Shown one piece after another: positions 1-9,600 of a stretch of 52,230 nt of DNA (its first letter is position 1; each line of letters begins with the position of its first letter). The notes below the pieces were generated by a model. That model saw only the letters and a list, made by a program, of their open reading frames with translations. It did not search any database and was not told where the DNA came from. This stretch comes from Oceanicaulis sp. Its GTDB lineage: Bacteria; Pseudomonadota; Alphaproteobacteria; Caulobacterales; Maricaulaceae. The DNA is taken from positions 1 to 52,230 of the forward strand of contig JBHYFR010000001.1 in the NCBI GenBank assembly GCA_051859425.1. Reading direction: 5' to 3'. Made by a program: the position numbers and the translations under genes.

Positions 1-921
1 CAGCGCGCCGCCCAGCAGCTCCGAAATCCGCGCCAGCCGGGTCCAGGCGTCGGGCCGGACCCGGGCCGACGCTTGCGCCTCGCGGTCCGCCCAGCTCAGC
101 CGTCCGTCCACCGCCAGCTCGCCCCCGATATAGATTTCCGCGTCACCCGACCCTGTGTCCGGCGTGCCGGCCGCCGTGACCACGCCGGTGGCGCCTTGCG
201 CCTCGGCGTCGAGCAGGCGCGACAGCAGGCCGCCTGGCGGCGCATCGAAGCGGGCGTCCAGCGCGATCGTGCCGGCGGCATCGATCTGGGCCAGCAGGCG
301 GTCGCCCACAGCGTCCGTGCGCCGCGCGTCCAGCGCGCCCCGCCAGCGGCCGTCATCATGGCGCAACTCGCCGGACAGGGCGTAAACGGCGGCCGGTCCG
401 GCGATCCCTTCGGCCAGGCGAATGGCGCTGATGCGCGCCTCGCCGAGCCGGATGCCGGGCAGGCGGGACAGGTCGAACGGCTCTTCCGGCGCCGCGCGCT
501 CGGCCCGCGCGGGCGCGCGCGACACGGTCACCTCGCGCATGCTGACGGCGTCGATGCGCAGCACATAGCGCCGCAGCGCCCAGGGCGACCAGGCGAGCGA
601 CAGATCGCGCGCCTCCAGCCACACGCCTTGAGAATCGCGCACCCGGATGCGGTCGATCTCGAACCGGCCCAGCACATTGCCGCTGACGGCGCCGATTTCC
701 ACCTCGCCATAACCGGCGATGTCGCGCCCGTTAATTGCCTCGCGCACCAGCTCGCGCCCGAACGGGCCGCTCATCAGCAGCAGGCCTGACACAATCGCAA
801 TGGTCAGAAGGGCCAGCAGCGTGATCAGGCTGGCGGTGATGGCGATGATCCAGCCGCGCCCGCGCCGGCGGGGTTTCGCAGCGGGGGCCGGAGCGGGGGA
901 GGGAGGCGTGAGATCAGTCAT
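1..921 (-). CDS. tamB: Translocation/assembly module TamB-like protein, N-terminal part (runs off the window edge)
   Basis: ATG at 921-919 overlaps the tamA stop (TGATG). It reads MTDLTPPSPAPAPAAKPRRRGRGWIIAITASLITLLALLTIAIVSGLLL, a single N-terminal membrane anchor, and lies directly downstream of a TamA-like gene. Not in the ORF track because it is truncated. Confidence 0.8.
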   Translation of the reverse strand, partial: MTDLTPPSPAPAPAAKPRRRGRGWIIAITASLITLLALLTIAIVSGLLLMSGPFGRELVREAINGRDIAGYGEVEIGAVSGNVLGRFEIDRIRVRDSQGVWLEARDLSLAWSPWALRRYVLRIDAVSMREVTVSRAPARAERAAPEEPFDLSRLPGIRLGEARISAIRLAEGIAGPAAVYALSGELRHDDGRWRGALDARRTDAVGDRLLAQIDAAGTIALDARFDAPPGGLLSRLLDAEAQGATGVVTAAGTPDTGSGDAEIYIGGELAVDGRLSWADREAQASARVRPDAWTRLARISELLGGAL

Positions 922-2690
922 CAAAACGCCTGCCCGATGGAGATGTATATCTGTACGGGCGACTCGCCGGAGCGCCGATCCAGCGGGGTGGCGATGTCAA
1001 ACCGCAACGGGCCGAAACCGGGGTAGTAGCGCACGCCCAAGCCCGCGCCATAGCGGATATCATCCAGATTGGGGGTGAGCTCCCGGCCCGCCGCGCCGCC
1101 ATCGACAAAGGCGGTGAAGCCCAGCCGCTCTGACCGGCGCCAGCGCGCCTCGGCGCTGAATTCGGCCAACGACCGTCCGCCGAACACCTCGTTGAGTCCG
1201 GTAGCGGGATTCAAGCGCTCGGGCGAGAGGGACTGGAAGGCGTAGCCGCGCACCGATCCGCCGCCGCCGGCATAGAAGCGCTCGTCCGCAGGCAGAGCGT
1301 CAGGCGATGTGCCCAGAATGGCGCCGGCGCGCACCCGCGCCGCCAGCACCAGCCGGTCATTTAACGGGAAATAGGCGCGCACGCCGCTTTCCACGCGCAC
1401 ATAGCGGGTTTCCCGGCTGCCGATGGACCAGCCGGGCGCTGCGGTGGCGTTCAGATACAAGCCGCGCTGGGGGTCCAGAAGGCTGTCGCGCCCGTCCCAG
1501 ATCACGCCGCTGGGCAGGGACAGGGTCGTCGCCGAGCGCGTGCCCAGCACGTCGGTGACGCGCGCCGTCTGAAGCCGGGTTTCTGTGGTGACGCTCAGCC
1601 GGTCGGTGATCTGCCGGGCCACGCTGGCCGAGATCCGGAACACGTCCTGATCAAAGGCGTCAGTGCGTTCGGCCAGCAGCTCTGCGCCCAGCGTCAGGTC
1701 CTGACCATAGCGCAGCCAGTGCGGCACGGTCAGGCGGGTGGTGAGGCCCTGAACCAGCTCGGCGGCCTGACCGCCGATCAACAGGGTCTCGTCGCCCCGG
1801 AACATGTTGCGCCGGGTCCAGCCCGCTTCCGCGCCCGCGCCTTCGGATGTGGACCAGCGCACCGCACCCTCGATGCGATGGCGCGGCGTGGGGTCGGCGC
1901 GCACGTCCACCGGGCGAAGCCCGTCCTCGTCGTCGAAGGCCAGGCGCACATCCGACACCGACACCGACTGCAGGACCTGAAGGCGGCGGCTGTATTCATT
2001 GAGCGCGCTGCGGCTGGCCGGATCGCCGGTTTCGTACGGGGCCAGGCGTTCGATGAAGCCCGGGCGCAGATCCGCCAGACCACCGGCGAATTGCGGCGCG
2101 CCCAGGCGGATGAAGGGGCCGGGATGGAAGCGGAAGGTGGCGTCGGCGCGCCGGGTGGCGTGGTCGACGATGATGTCGTGCTCACCCTCGCGCGCTTCGA
2201 GATAGCCGTTTTCGTGCAGCAGGGTGACCACGCGCCCGCGCGCCGAAATCACATTGGCCGACACCACCGGGTCGCCCTGCGATATGCCCAGAGCGGCTGG
2301 CGCTTCGCCGCCGGGCGCGCCGGGGGCCCCGGCCCCGGCCCAGTCAATGGCGATGGCGCCGAAGACAAAGCGCTGGCCGGGGCGCACGCGCACCACGGCC
2401 TGGCCGTTATCGTCCACCCGCGGATCAATGACGGCGCCGTAATAGCCCTGTGAATCGAGATAGCGCTCCAGAATCTCGGCCGCTTCGCGCGCCCGCGCCC
2501 GGGCCCGCCAGGGTGCGTCGGGCTCGCCGGAGGGACGTGCGTCGGCGTCGCCGATGGCGCGCGCCAGGGCCCGCGCCAGTGCAGCGTCCTCAACCCCTTC
2601 GATCCGGGCGAGCGGTTCGGCCATTGCCGCAGGCAGGCCGACGCACAGGGCCGCCAGCAGGGCGGTCAGAAATCGTATTGCGCGAATCAT
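921..2690 (-). CDS. tamA: Omp85/TamA family outer-membrane assembly protein
   Basis: Signal peptide, POTRA-like region, RFYAGGGGSVRGY motif and C-terminal GLGVRYYPGFGPLRFDIA...YISIGQAF. Start taken at MIRAIRF (2690); the ORF extends to 2711. Confidence 0.9.
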   Translation of the reverse strand: MIRAIRFLTALLAALCVGLPAAMAEPLARIEGVEDAALARALARAIGDADARPSGEPDAPWRARARAREAAEILERYLDSQGYYGAVIDPRVDDNGQAVVRVRPGQRFVFGAIAIDWAGAGAPGAPGGEAPAALGISQGDPVVSANVISARGRVVTLLHENGYLEAREGEHDIIVDHATRRADATFRFHPGPFIRLGAPQFAGGLADLRPGFIERLAPYETGDPASRSALNEYSRRLQVLQSVSVSDVRLAFDDEDGLRPVDVRADPTPRHRIEGAVRWSTSEGAGAEAGWTRRNMFRGDETLLIGGQAAELVQGLTTRLTVPHWLRYGQDLTLGAELLAERTDAFDQDVFRISASVARQITDRLSVTTETRLQTARVTDVLGTRSATTLSLPSGVIWDGRDSLLDPQRGLYLNATAAPGWSIGSRETRYVRVESGVRAYFPLNDRLVLAARVRAGAILGTSPDALPADERFYAGGGGSVRGYAFQSLSPERLNPATGLNEVFGGRSLAEFSAEARWRRSERLGFTAFVDGGAAGRELTPNLDDIRYGAGLGVRYYPGFGPLRFDIATPLDRRSGESPVQIYISIGQAF

Positions 2691-2890
2691 GTTGTGGTCA
2701 GCACCGGGCATCTATCTTGCCCCCGCGGCGCAGACTAGCCGGGTGACCGCCTGTGTGCGAGCCGCCAGCCGCGCCGCGTGTGCAAAAACTCCTCCCTATG
2801 GCATGAAACTGCTGGCCAGCCACATTGCAGGCATTAGTTTGCCGGGATGGCAGGCGCATGTGCGCGGGCTGGCGAAGAGGGCGCACGAAC

Positions 2891-4051
2891 ATGTCCGCAG
2901 ACGAGGCTTCGCAGAGCGGATCAGGCCGGGAGCTGGCGGGATGGCTGCAGATTGCGGCTGTCGCGGCGGTGGTCCTCATCGCCCTTATTGCAACTTTTGC
3001 TCTCATGAACGGTAACGACGCAAGTGATGCGCCGCCCGAGGCCCGCGCCGCCGCGCCGGTGCGGGTGGTTCAGCCTGAAACCGTGCGTCACAGCGTGCAG
3101 GTGGAGCTGACGGGGACGGTGACGGCCAGCGCCTTTATCGACCTGGCGCCGCAGGTGGGCGGACGCATCACTGCAGTGTCGCCCGCCGTGCGCGCCGGCG
3201 GCGCCTTCGAGGCCGGTGAAGTGCTGTTCGAGATCGACCGGCGTGATTACGAGATCGCCGAAACCCGCGCCCGCGCCGGCATCGCCGAGGCGCGCAGCGC
3301 CCTCAACCAGCTGGACGCGGAAGCCGCGATCGCCCGGCGCGAATGGGAGCGCACCTTCCCCGGCCGCGAGATCACCCCGCTGGCCGCGCGCGCGCCCCAG
3401 CTCGAAGCCGCCCGCGCCCGCCTTCTGGCCGCAGAAGCCGAGCTCGCCCAGGCCAGGCTCAATCTGGAGCGCACGCGTGTCAGCTTCCCGTTCGCCGGCG
3501 CGGTGATCGAAAGCCGGATCGAGCTGGGCCTGCTGGTCGCGCCGGGCCAGTCCTATGGCCAGGTCTATGCCGCTGAACAGATTGAACTGGTGGCGCCCGC
3601 TTCGCCTTCTGATCTCGCCCGGCTGGAGGGCGCGGACGGCCGCCCTGCGCAGATACGGATCGAGGGGCGCGAGACGGCGCTGTCCGGGCGCGTGGCCCGG
3701 GTCGGCGCCCGTCTGGACGCGCGCACCCGTCTCATTGATGTTTTCATTGCGCCGGACGAGGCCGCCCCGGTTGATCTGCGCCCCGGCCTGTTCGCCACGA
3801 TCACGCTGGACGGGTCCGAGCTGGACGCCGTGATGCGCCTGCCCGCATCGGCGGTGTCCGGGCTGGACACCATTCACCGCGTCAGTGATGGCCGCATCGA
3901 GCGCACGCGCATCACGGTGCGCGATCGCACGGCGGACGCGGTGTTCGCCGAGCCGTTCGATGCGGGCGAGGGCGTCATCGTCTCGCCCGTGCCTGACATC
4001 TTGCTGGGCCGCCGCGCCGAGATCGTCGCCGCGCCTGCGGAGCGGTCATGA
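2891..4051 (+). CDS. RND efflux periplasmic adaptor (membrane fusion protein)
   Basis: N-terminal TM, lipoyl-like LAPQVGGRI, coiled coil ending ARLNLERTRVSFPFAG, LRPGLFA motif; stop overlaps the RND permease start. Confidence 0.9.
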   Translation: MSADEASQSGSGRELAGWLQIAAVAAVVLIALIATFALMNGNDASDAPPEARAAAPVRVVQPETVRHSVQVELTGTVTASAFIDLAPQVGGRITAVSPAVRAGGAFEAGEVLFEIDRRDYEIAETRARAGIAEARSALNQLDAEAAIARREWERTFPGREITPLAARAPQLEAARARLLAAEAELAQARLNLERTRVSFPFAGAVIESRIELGLLVAPGQSYGQVYAAEQIELVAPASPSDLARLEGADGRPAQIRIEGRETALSGRVARVGARLDARTRLIDVFIAPDEAAPVDLRPGLFATITLDGSELDAVMRLPASAVSGLDTIHRVSDGRIERTRITVRDRTADAVFAEPFDAGEGVIVSPVPDILLGRRAEIVAAPAERS

Positions 4052-7000
4052 ACGAGGCGGACGACATCCCGGCCTCGCTGGTCGAGGACTGGCCCGGCAA
4101 GGCCCTGACAGGCTGGTTCGTGCGCAATCCGGTGGCGGCGAACCTGTTGATGATCCTGTTCCTGATCGGCGGAGCGCTGACCGCAGCGACCCTGCCCACC
4201 GAAGTATTTCCCAGCCTGTCGCCGCGCACGGTCCAGATCGCGGTGATCTATCCCGGCGCCACGCCGGGCGAGGTGGAGGAAAGCGTCACGCGGCGGGTGG
4301 AAGAGGCCGTGCGCGGGCTGGACGGGGTGGAGCGGGTGCGCTCGGTCGCGGCGGAAGGGCGCGGAACCATCACGGTCATCCTGCGCAGTTTCGCCGACGC
4401 TCAGGTGGTCAAGACCGATGTCGAGACCGCGGTGAACGGCATTGCAAACTTTCCGCCCCAGAACGCCGAGCAGCCACAAATCCGCGTGCCGGTGCCCACC
4501 ACGACGGTTCTGACCCTGGCGATCAGCGGCCCGGTGGACGAGGCCTCGCTGCGCCGGGCGGGCGAGCACGCGGAGAACGAATTGCTGGCGCTGGACGGCG
4601 TGTCCACGGCCTTGCTGCGCGGCGTGCGCGAATATGAGATCGCCATTGCCGTCAGCGAAGACGCACTGCGCCGCTTCAATATCAGCTTTTCCGAAGTCGC
4701 CGACGCTGTGCGCGCGGGCTCGGTGGACCTGTCCGGCGGTGAGATCCGCACCGCCGGCGGCGATATCCTTTTGCGCACCGATGCGCGCCGCGTCACCGGC
4801 GAGGCGTTTCAGTCGATCATCATCCGTTCGGATGCGTCGGGCGCGCGGGTGCGCCTGAGTGATGTGGCCGCGGTCACGGACGGGTTTCGCGAAGACCCGC
4901 TGATCTCGCTGCATCAGGGCCGGCCGGCGGTGTTTCTCGACGTGCTCAACCGGCCCGGCGAAGACCTGCTGACCGTGCGCCGCGTGGTCAATGACTGGCT
5001 GGAGCGCGCCGTTCTGCCGCCGGGCGTGGATGTCACGGTGGTGATTGATCAAAGCGTGATCTTCGCCGACCGCATCGCCCTGATCACCCGCAACGCCATT
5101 CTGGGCTTCACCCTGGTGTTCGTGTTCCTGGTGCTGATGCTGGATTTGCGCCTGGCGTTCTGGGTGTCCATGAGCGTGCCCATCGCCTTCCTGGGCGGGT
5201 TTGCGGTATTCGGCGCGGCGGGCGTGACGATGAATTTCATCACCACGTTCGGCCTGATCATCGTGCTGGGCATCGTGGTCGATGCGGCCATCGTGGTGGG
5301 CGAGAACACCGACCGGGAACGCTCCAAGGGCCGCAGGGGCCAGGACGCCGCCATCGCCGGGGTCACCGGCGTGGCCGCCCCGGTTCTGGTGGGCGTGCTG
5401 ACCACCATCGCCGCTTTCGGGCCGCTGATCTTCACCGGCGGCACGTTTGGCGAGATTACCCGCCCCATCCCGATTGTGGTGGTGTCCATTCTGGCGGTTT
5501 CGCTGGTGGCCGCCTTCCTCATCCTGCCCTCGCAGCTCTCGTCAGGCTCGGACTGGTCGCGCGGACCGCTGGCGCGGGTGCAGGGCGTGGTGCAGCGTCA
5601 CATGCAGAGTTTCGCCGACGGGCCGGTGGCCGGCTGGGCGCTGTTCGCGGCGCGCCGGCGCTGGCTGGTCAGCGTGGCGGGCATTGCGGTGCTGATTGCG
5701 ATCATGGCGATCCCGGTATCGGGCCTGGTGCGCTTCGTCTTCTTCCCGGCTATCGAATCAGAACTGATCAGCGCCGATCTGCGCCTGCCTGAGGGCGCGC
5801 CCTTCGAGGAGACGCGCGCCGCAGCCGAAGCGATGATCGCCGCAGCGGAATCCATCCAGAGCGAGTATGCACAGCGCGGCGAGCCGGTGATCCGCTCCAT
5901 CACTGCCACGATTGGCGGGCGCACCAGCCAGTTCGGCGGTCCGGGATCGACAGTGACCACCAGCGTGGCGGGTAATCTGGCGCAAATCGAGCTGGTGCTG
6001 GAGCCCGCCTCAAAACGCTCCATCCGCTCGGGCCGGATCGAGGCCTTGTGGCGCGAGCGCTTCGGGCCGCTGGCCGGTGTGGAGCGCCTGACTATCATTT
6101 CCACCGCCGGCCCGCAGGACTCCGACATCGCCTATGAGATGACCCATCCTGACGACGGCCTGCTGGAGCGCGCCGTGCTGGAACTGGCCGAATTTATCGG
6201 TGAGATCGACGGCTCGCGCGACATCAATAACGGCTTCGATCTGGGCAAGCGGCAGCTCAATTTCACCCTGACCCCTGCGGGCGAGGCGGCGGGTCTGACG
6301 CCGGGCGATGTGGCGCGTCAGGTGCGCCAGGCCTTTTTCGGCGAGGAAGTCCAGCGCATCCAGCGCGGGCGCGACGAGGTGCGGGTCTTTGTGCGCTATC
6401 CCGAAGCCGACCGCCGTGATCTGGCCGGCCTGTCCGATCTGCACGTGCGCACCCGCGACGGCAGCGCCCTGCCGCTCGGCGCCGCGGCTGAGATCACCGA
6501 GACGCGCAGCTATACCCGCATCGAACGCATAGACGGGCGGCGCATCATCGAGGTGACGGCCAATGTGGACACTGCGGTGACCACGCCGGGCTCGGCCCGT
6601 GAACAGGTCGAGGCCTTCCTGCCCGAACTGGTCGAGCGATATCCGGGGCTCACTTTTGCGCTGGCCGGCGCCGGGCGCGAGCAGGCCCAGGACTTCGCCA
6701 GCCTGCTGATCGGGCTGATGTTTGCGGTGATCATCATGTACGCGCTGCTGGCCACCCAACTGCGCAGCTATGTCCAGCCGCTGATCATCCTGATCGCCAT
6801 TCCCTACGGGGTGGCCGGCGCCATTCTGGGCCATCTCCTGCTCGGTTTTGACCTGTCATTTCCGTCGATTTTCGGCATGGTGGCGCTGTCAGGCGTGGTG
6901 GTGAACGCCTCCATCGTGTTGATCGACCGCTATAACCGCACCGTGGCCAATGGCGGCGACCCGCGCGAGGCCATCGCCGAGGCCTGTGCGCGCCGGTTCC

Positions 7001-7347
7001 GGCCGGTGCTGATCACCACGCTGACCACCGCGCTCGGCCTGTTGCCGATCATGTCCGAAACCAGCCCGCAGGCGCAGTTCCTGGTGCCCATGGTGGTCAG
7101 CCTGGGCGTGGGGCTGATCTTCGCCTCCATCGCCATTTTGCTGCTACTGCCAGCGTACGTGATTGTGGTGGACGATTTGCGCGCGCGCCCTGGGGCCGCC
7201 CTATGGGTGCTGGGCGGGGTGGCGATCACCCTGGCCAGCCTGATTGTCGCAGGCTTGCTTGCCGCGCTGATCGTGGCGATCCTGGCGGGGGCTGCCTGGT
7301 TCGTCTGGCGCCGGTTGCGGCCGCGCGCCGTCGTCAGCGCCCCGTGA
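4048..7347 (+). CDS. RND efflux permease (AcrB/AcrD/AcrF family)
   Basis: 1099 aa; WFVRNPVAANLLM, YPGATPGEVEESV, GIVVDAAIVVGEN and RFRPVLITTLTT motifs. Confidence 0.93.
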   Translation: MNEADDIPASLVEDWPGKALTGWFVRNPVAANLLMILFLIGGALTAATLPTEVFPSLSPRTVQIAVIYPGATPGEVEESVTRRVEEAVRGLDGVERVRSVAAEGRGTITVILRSFADAQVVKTDVETAVNGIANFPPQNAEQPQIRVPVPTTTVLTLAISGPVDEASLRRAGEHAENELLALDGVSTALLRGVREYEIAIAVSEDALRRFNISFSEVADAVRAGSVDLSGGEIRTAGGDILLRTDARRVTGEAFQSIIIRSDASGARVRLSDVAAVTDGFREDPLISLHQGRPAVFLDVLNRPGEDLLTVRRVVNDWLERAVLPPGVDVTVVIDQSVIFADRIALITRNAILGFTLVFVFLVLMLDLRLAFWVSMSVPIAFLGGFAVFGAAGVTMNFITTFGLIIVLGIVVDAAIVVGENTDRERSKGRRGQDAAIAGVTGVAAPVLVGVLTTIAAFGPLIFTGGTFGEITRPIPIVVVSILAVSLVAAFLILPSQLSSGSDWSRGPLARVQGVVQRHMQSFADGPVAGWALFAARRRWLVSVAGIAVLIAIMAIPVSGLVRFVFFPAIESELISADLRLPEGAPFEETRAAAEAMIAAAESIQSEYAQRGEPVIRSITATIGGRTSQFGGPGSTVTTSVAGNLAQIELVLEPASKRSIRSGRIEALWRERFGPLAGVERLTIISTAGPQDSDIAYEMTHPDDGLLERAVLELAEFIGEIDGSRDINNGFDLGKRQLNFTLTPAGEAAGLTPGDVARQVRQAFFGEEVQRIQRGRDEVRVFVRYPEADRRDLAGLSDLHVRTRDGSALPLGAAAEITETRSYTRIERIDGRRIIEVTANVDTAVTTPGSAREQVEAFLPELVERYPGLTFALAGAGREQAQDFASLLIGLMFAVIIMYALLATQLRSYVQPLIILIAIPYGVAGAILGHLLLGFDLSFPSIFGMVALSGVVVNASIVLIDRYNRTVANGGDPREAIAEACARRFRPVLITTLTTALGLLPIMSETSPQAQFLVPMVVSLGVGLIFASIAILLLLPAYVIVVDDLRARPGAALWVLGGVAITLASLIVAGLLAALIVAILAGAAWFVWRRLRPRAVVSAP

Positions 7348-7359
7348 GGCGGGCCGGGT

Positions 7360-7860
7360 TCAGACCCGGCGGCCCCACAGAGTGCGGATGCGCTCGTCAG
7401 CCTCACGCCCCAGATTGAACCAGGCCGTGCGGTCGCGCGAGGCGTCGACCACCAGAAGCTTGTCCTCGCGGGCCAGCAAATGGCTCAGCTCATTGCGAAG
7501 GTGCGAGGCGCTGGACGCGCCGCGCAGGATCCAGACGCCCTGGGTGATGGGTTCGGCGTCGCCATGATCGGCCAGGGCGGCCTCGAAGCCGGGCGCGCTG
7601 GCGCTGGAGAGTTCAGCCACAATGATGAAGTTGGCTGTGCGTGCGTCAGCCGGGGCGGTGCGCTTTTCACCCGGGCTGCGCCGGGCCTCGTCCAGCCAGG
7701 TCTTGAGCTGGGCGATATCCTGGGCGGATTTGAAACCGTCCTCGCGCCGGTCAGACACCGATGAATGCGCCGCCACGCGCCCTTCGCCGATGAAGGCGCG
7801 CATCTGGGCGCCGGTATAGGGGCCGTAGACACGGCCTTCGACTTTGACAAACCAGGACAT
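7360..7860 (-). CDS. GYF_2 (DUF4339) domain protein with an uncharacterised C-terminal domain
   Basis: N-terminal WFVKVEGRVYGPYTGAQMRAFIGEGRV fits the GYF_2 pattern; start could lie further upstream (ORF extends to 7905). Confidence 0.7.
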   Translation of the reverse strand: MSWFVKVEGRVYGPYTGAQMRAFIGEGRVAAHSSVSDRREDGFKSAQDIAQLKTWLDEARRSPGEKRTAPADARTANFIIVAELSSASAPGFEAALADHGDAEPITQGVWILRGASSASHLRNELSHLLAREDKLLVVDASRDRTAWFNLGREADERIRTLWGRRV

Positions 7861-8003
7861 AATGATTCCGTCGTCGCGCGGCATTGCTTCCACCTCCCGG
7901 CCCAAAATCCCTCAGGTGGGCCAGCTTCACCTCCATTAGAGGCAAGAATCAGGCCGCCGGTGATATATGGGTGTCATGCGTGACATCTGCATGCGCCGAC
8001 AGG

Positions 8004-8645
8004 CTATTTTTCAGGCCCCGCTTGGCCGGGGTCCGGCCGGTCAGGCGGCGGATCGAACCGCACGGCGAACCCGTTGTCCAGCCAGCGCACCACCTGCCCG
8101 GTCATGCCGCCCACGCGCACCGGCTCGCCGATCCGTGGCCGTTCCAGACAGGCAAAGCTCGCCCCGGTGACCGACACGTCCACCACATCGGCCTGGATCA
8201 CCACCCCGTCGCGCAGATGCACGGTGGCGCGTCCCTGGCCGGGCTTGCGCGGCGCGGCGCGGTCTTCCTTGAGACCCAGGCGCTCCATATTGAAACGCCA
8301 GGTGATGGCGTCAGCCAGGCGGTCGCGCTTGCGCTGGGTGGCGGCCAGACGGGCCGCAAATCCGGTCTGTCCGGCGCGCACCACCTCACCCTCGACCCGT
8401 CCCAGACCGTCAAACAGAATGACCACCCGCTCGCCGCGCTTGGGCGGCGTGGTGGTGGTCACGCGCACGCCCCCTGGCGAGACATCCACCAGCTGACAGA
8501 GGAACTCGCCCTGGCTGGGGCACAGGGCGCGGCCGGGAATGGCAAGCTGTACACGGCGATGCCGGCGGCGCTCTTCAGCGCCGCGCGCGGCTATCTTGAT
8601 CTTGCGCCGGTCCAGCCGGCTGATGATGTCACTGATCTGCGCCAT
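8004..8645 (-). CDS. Tandem PilZ domain protein
   Basis: ERRRHRR...DVSPGG and DRAAPR...DVSVTG give two RxxxR / DxSxxG pairs; ORF extends to 8675. Confidence 0.85.
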   Translation of the reverse strand: MAQISDIISRLDRRKIKIAARGAEERRRHRRVQLAIPGRALCPSQGEFLCQLVDVSPGGVRVTTTTPPKRGERVVILFDGLGRVEGEVVRAGQTGFAARLAATQRKRDRLADAITWRFNMERLGLKEDRAAPRKPGQGRATVHLRDGVVIQADVVDVSVTGASFACLERPRIGEPVRVGGMTGQVVRWLDNGFAVRFDPPPDRPDPGQAGPEK

Positions 8646-8707
8646 GGCACGCCGTTGTGAAACACACCGGGCCAATCTGGCGCCAGAGGGCTTAAGATTT
8701 CGCTATA

Positions 8708-9268
8708 TCAGCCGTCATTGGCCGCCAGCGCCCGGCGCGGCGTGCGCTCGCGCGTGGCGAACAGCGACAGGCTGGGGTCGGGCAGGCGGGCGGGATGCAG
8801 CAGGGCCAGGCGGTGGCGCACTACAGGGCGGCCGCCCAGCCGGCTGGCGTCCAGCGGCTGATACAGGCCCAGCGCCCGGTCCACCTGGCCTTCCGGGCCA
8901 CGCAGGGGCAGCAAGGTCACCTCCACCGCGCAGGCGCGCCCGTCCAGCGTGATGGCGTCGGCCACGGCGGTGGCCGGGGCCGGCGCACCCAGCGCGCCTT
9001 CCAGCAGCGCGCTCATCATGGTGCGGTCATGGCCGGTCCACAGGCTGAGGAAATTCTGGTCGCGGAACTCGCGCTGATGCAGGCGGCACAGGCCGGTCCC
9101 GGCGAGCCGGAAGACGTGATGGTCCTGATCCATGCGGCGCAATAAAAACAGATTCGACAACAGCGCGCCCAGATCCTGGGGGGCTATGTCGGCGCGCGCC
9201 GGCGCCGAGCCGCCGCGCCGTCTTGCATCCCAATAGGCATGCAAGGTTCTTGAATTGGGATGCCGCAC
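8708..9268 (-). CDS. PAS_5 (DUF1457) domain protein
   Basis: LHAYWDARRRGGSAPARADIAP...FRLAGT...LLPL, typical of alphaproteobacterial PAS_5 proteins; GTG start. Confidence 0.8.
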   Translation of the reverse strand: MRHPNSRTLHAYWDARRRGGSAPARADIAPQDLGALLSNLFLLRRMDQDHHVFRLAGTGLCRLHQREFRDQNFLSLWTGHDRTMMSALLEGALGAPAPATAVADAITLDGRACAVEVTLLPLRGPEGQVDRALGLYQPLDASRLGGRPVVRHRLALLHPARLPDPSLSLFATRERTPRRALAANDG

Positions 9269-9350
9269 GAGCCACGCGTCCTTCTGTCATTCCCCTCACC
9301 GGCGGCAGGCCCGCGATGATACGGCGCGGGTGCAGCCTGGAACCGCTGTC

Positions 9351-9366
9351 TGCAAGCGCCTTGCCA
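9351..9366 (-). promoter_or_regulatory. Sigma54 -24/-12 promoter for the PAS_5 gene
   Basis: Minus strand reads TGGCAAGGCGCTTGCA: exact GG-N10-GC spacing and near consensus, about 80 bp upstream of the GTG. Confidence 0.65.
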
Positions 9367-9600
9367 GTCGTGTCCGGGGCTGTGTTTTCAGGGGCAGGAC
9401 GGCGGCAGCACTATAGAGTCTGCAAAACCGGGCGGGAGCGTCCGGCGCGCGGGACGTGTCGCGGATCAGGGTGAAGGGCGCGCGCCGTCCCGGTCACAAT
9501 GGCGCAGCCTGGCGCAGCCCCGTGCGGGCCAAACGCATCTCCTTCACGCAACCGGCCCCGGGCTTGCATGAGGGTGCTCTGAACAGATTCGGAGACCGTC

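Noticed and set aside
73-789. 238-aa plus-strand ORF
   Set aside because: Antisense to the tamB frame, which the ORF track missed because it is truncated
2795-2832. Sigma54-like TGGC...TGC motifs upstream of the RND operon
   Set aside because: GG-GC spacing is 9 or 11 rather than the required 10
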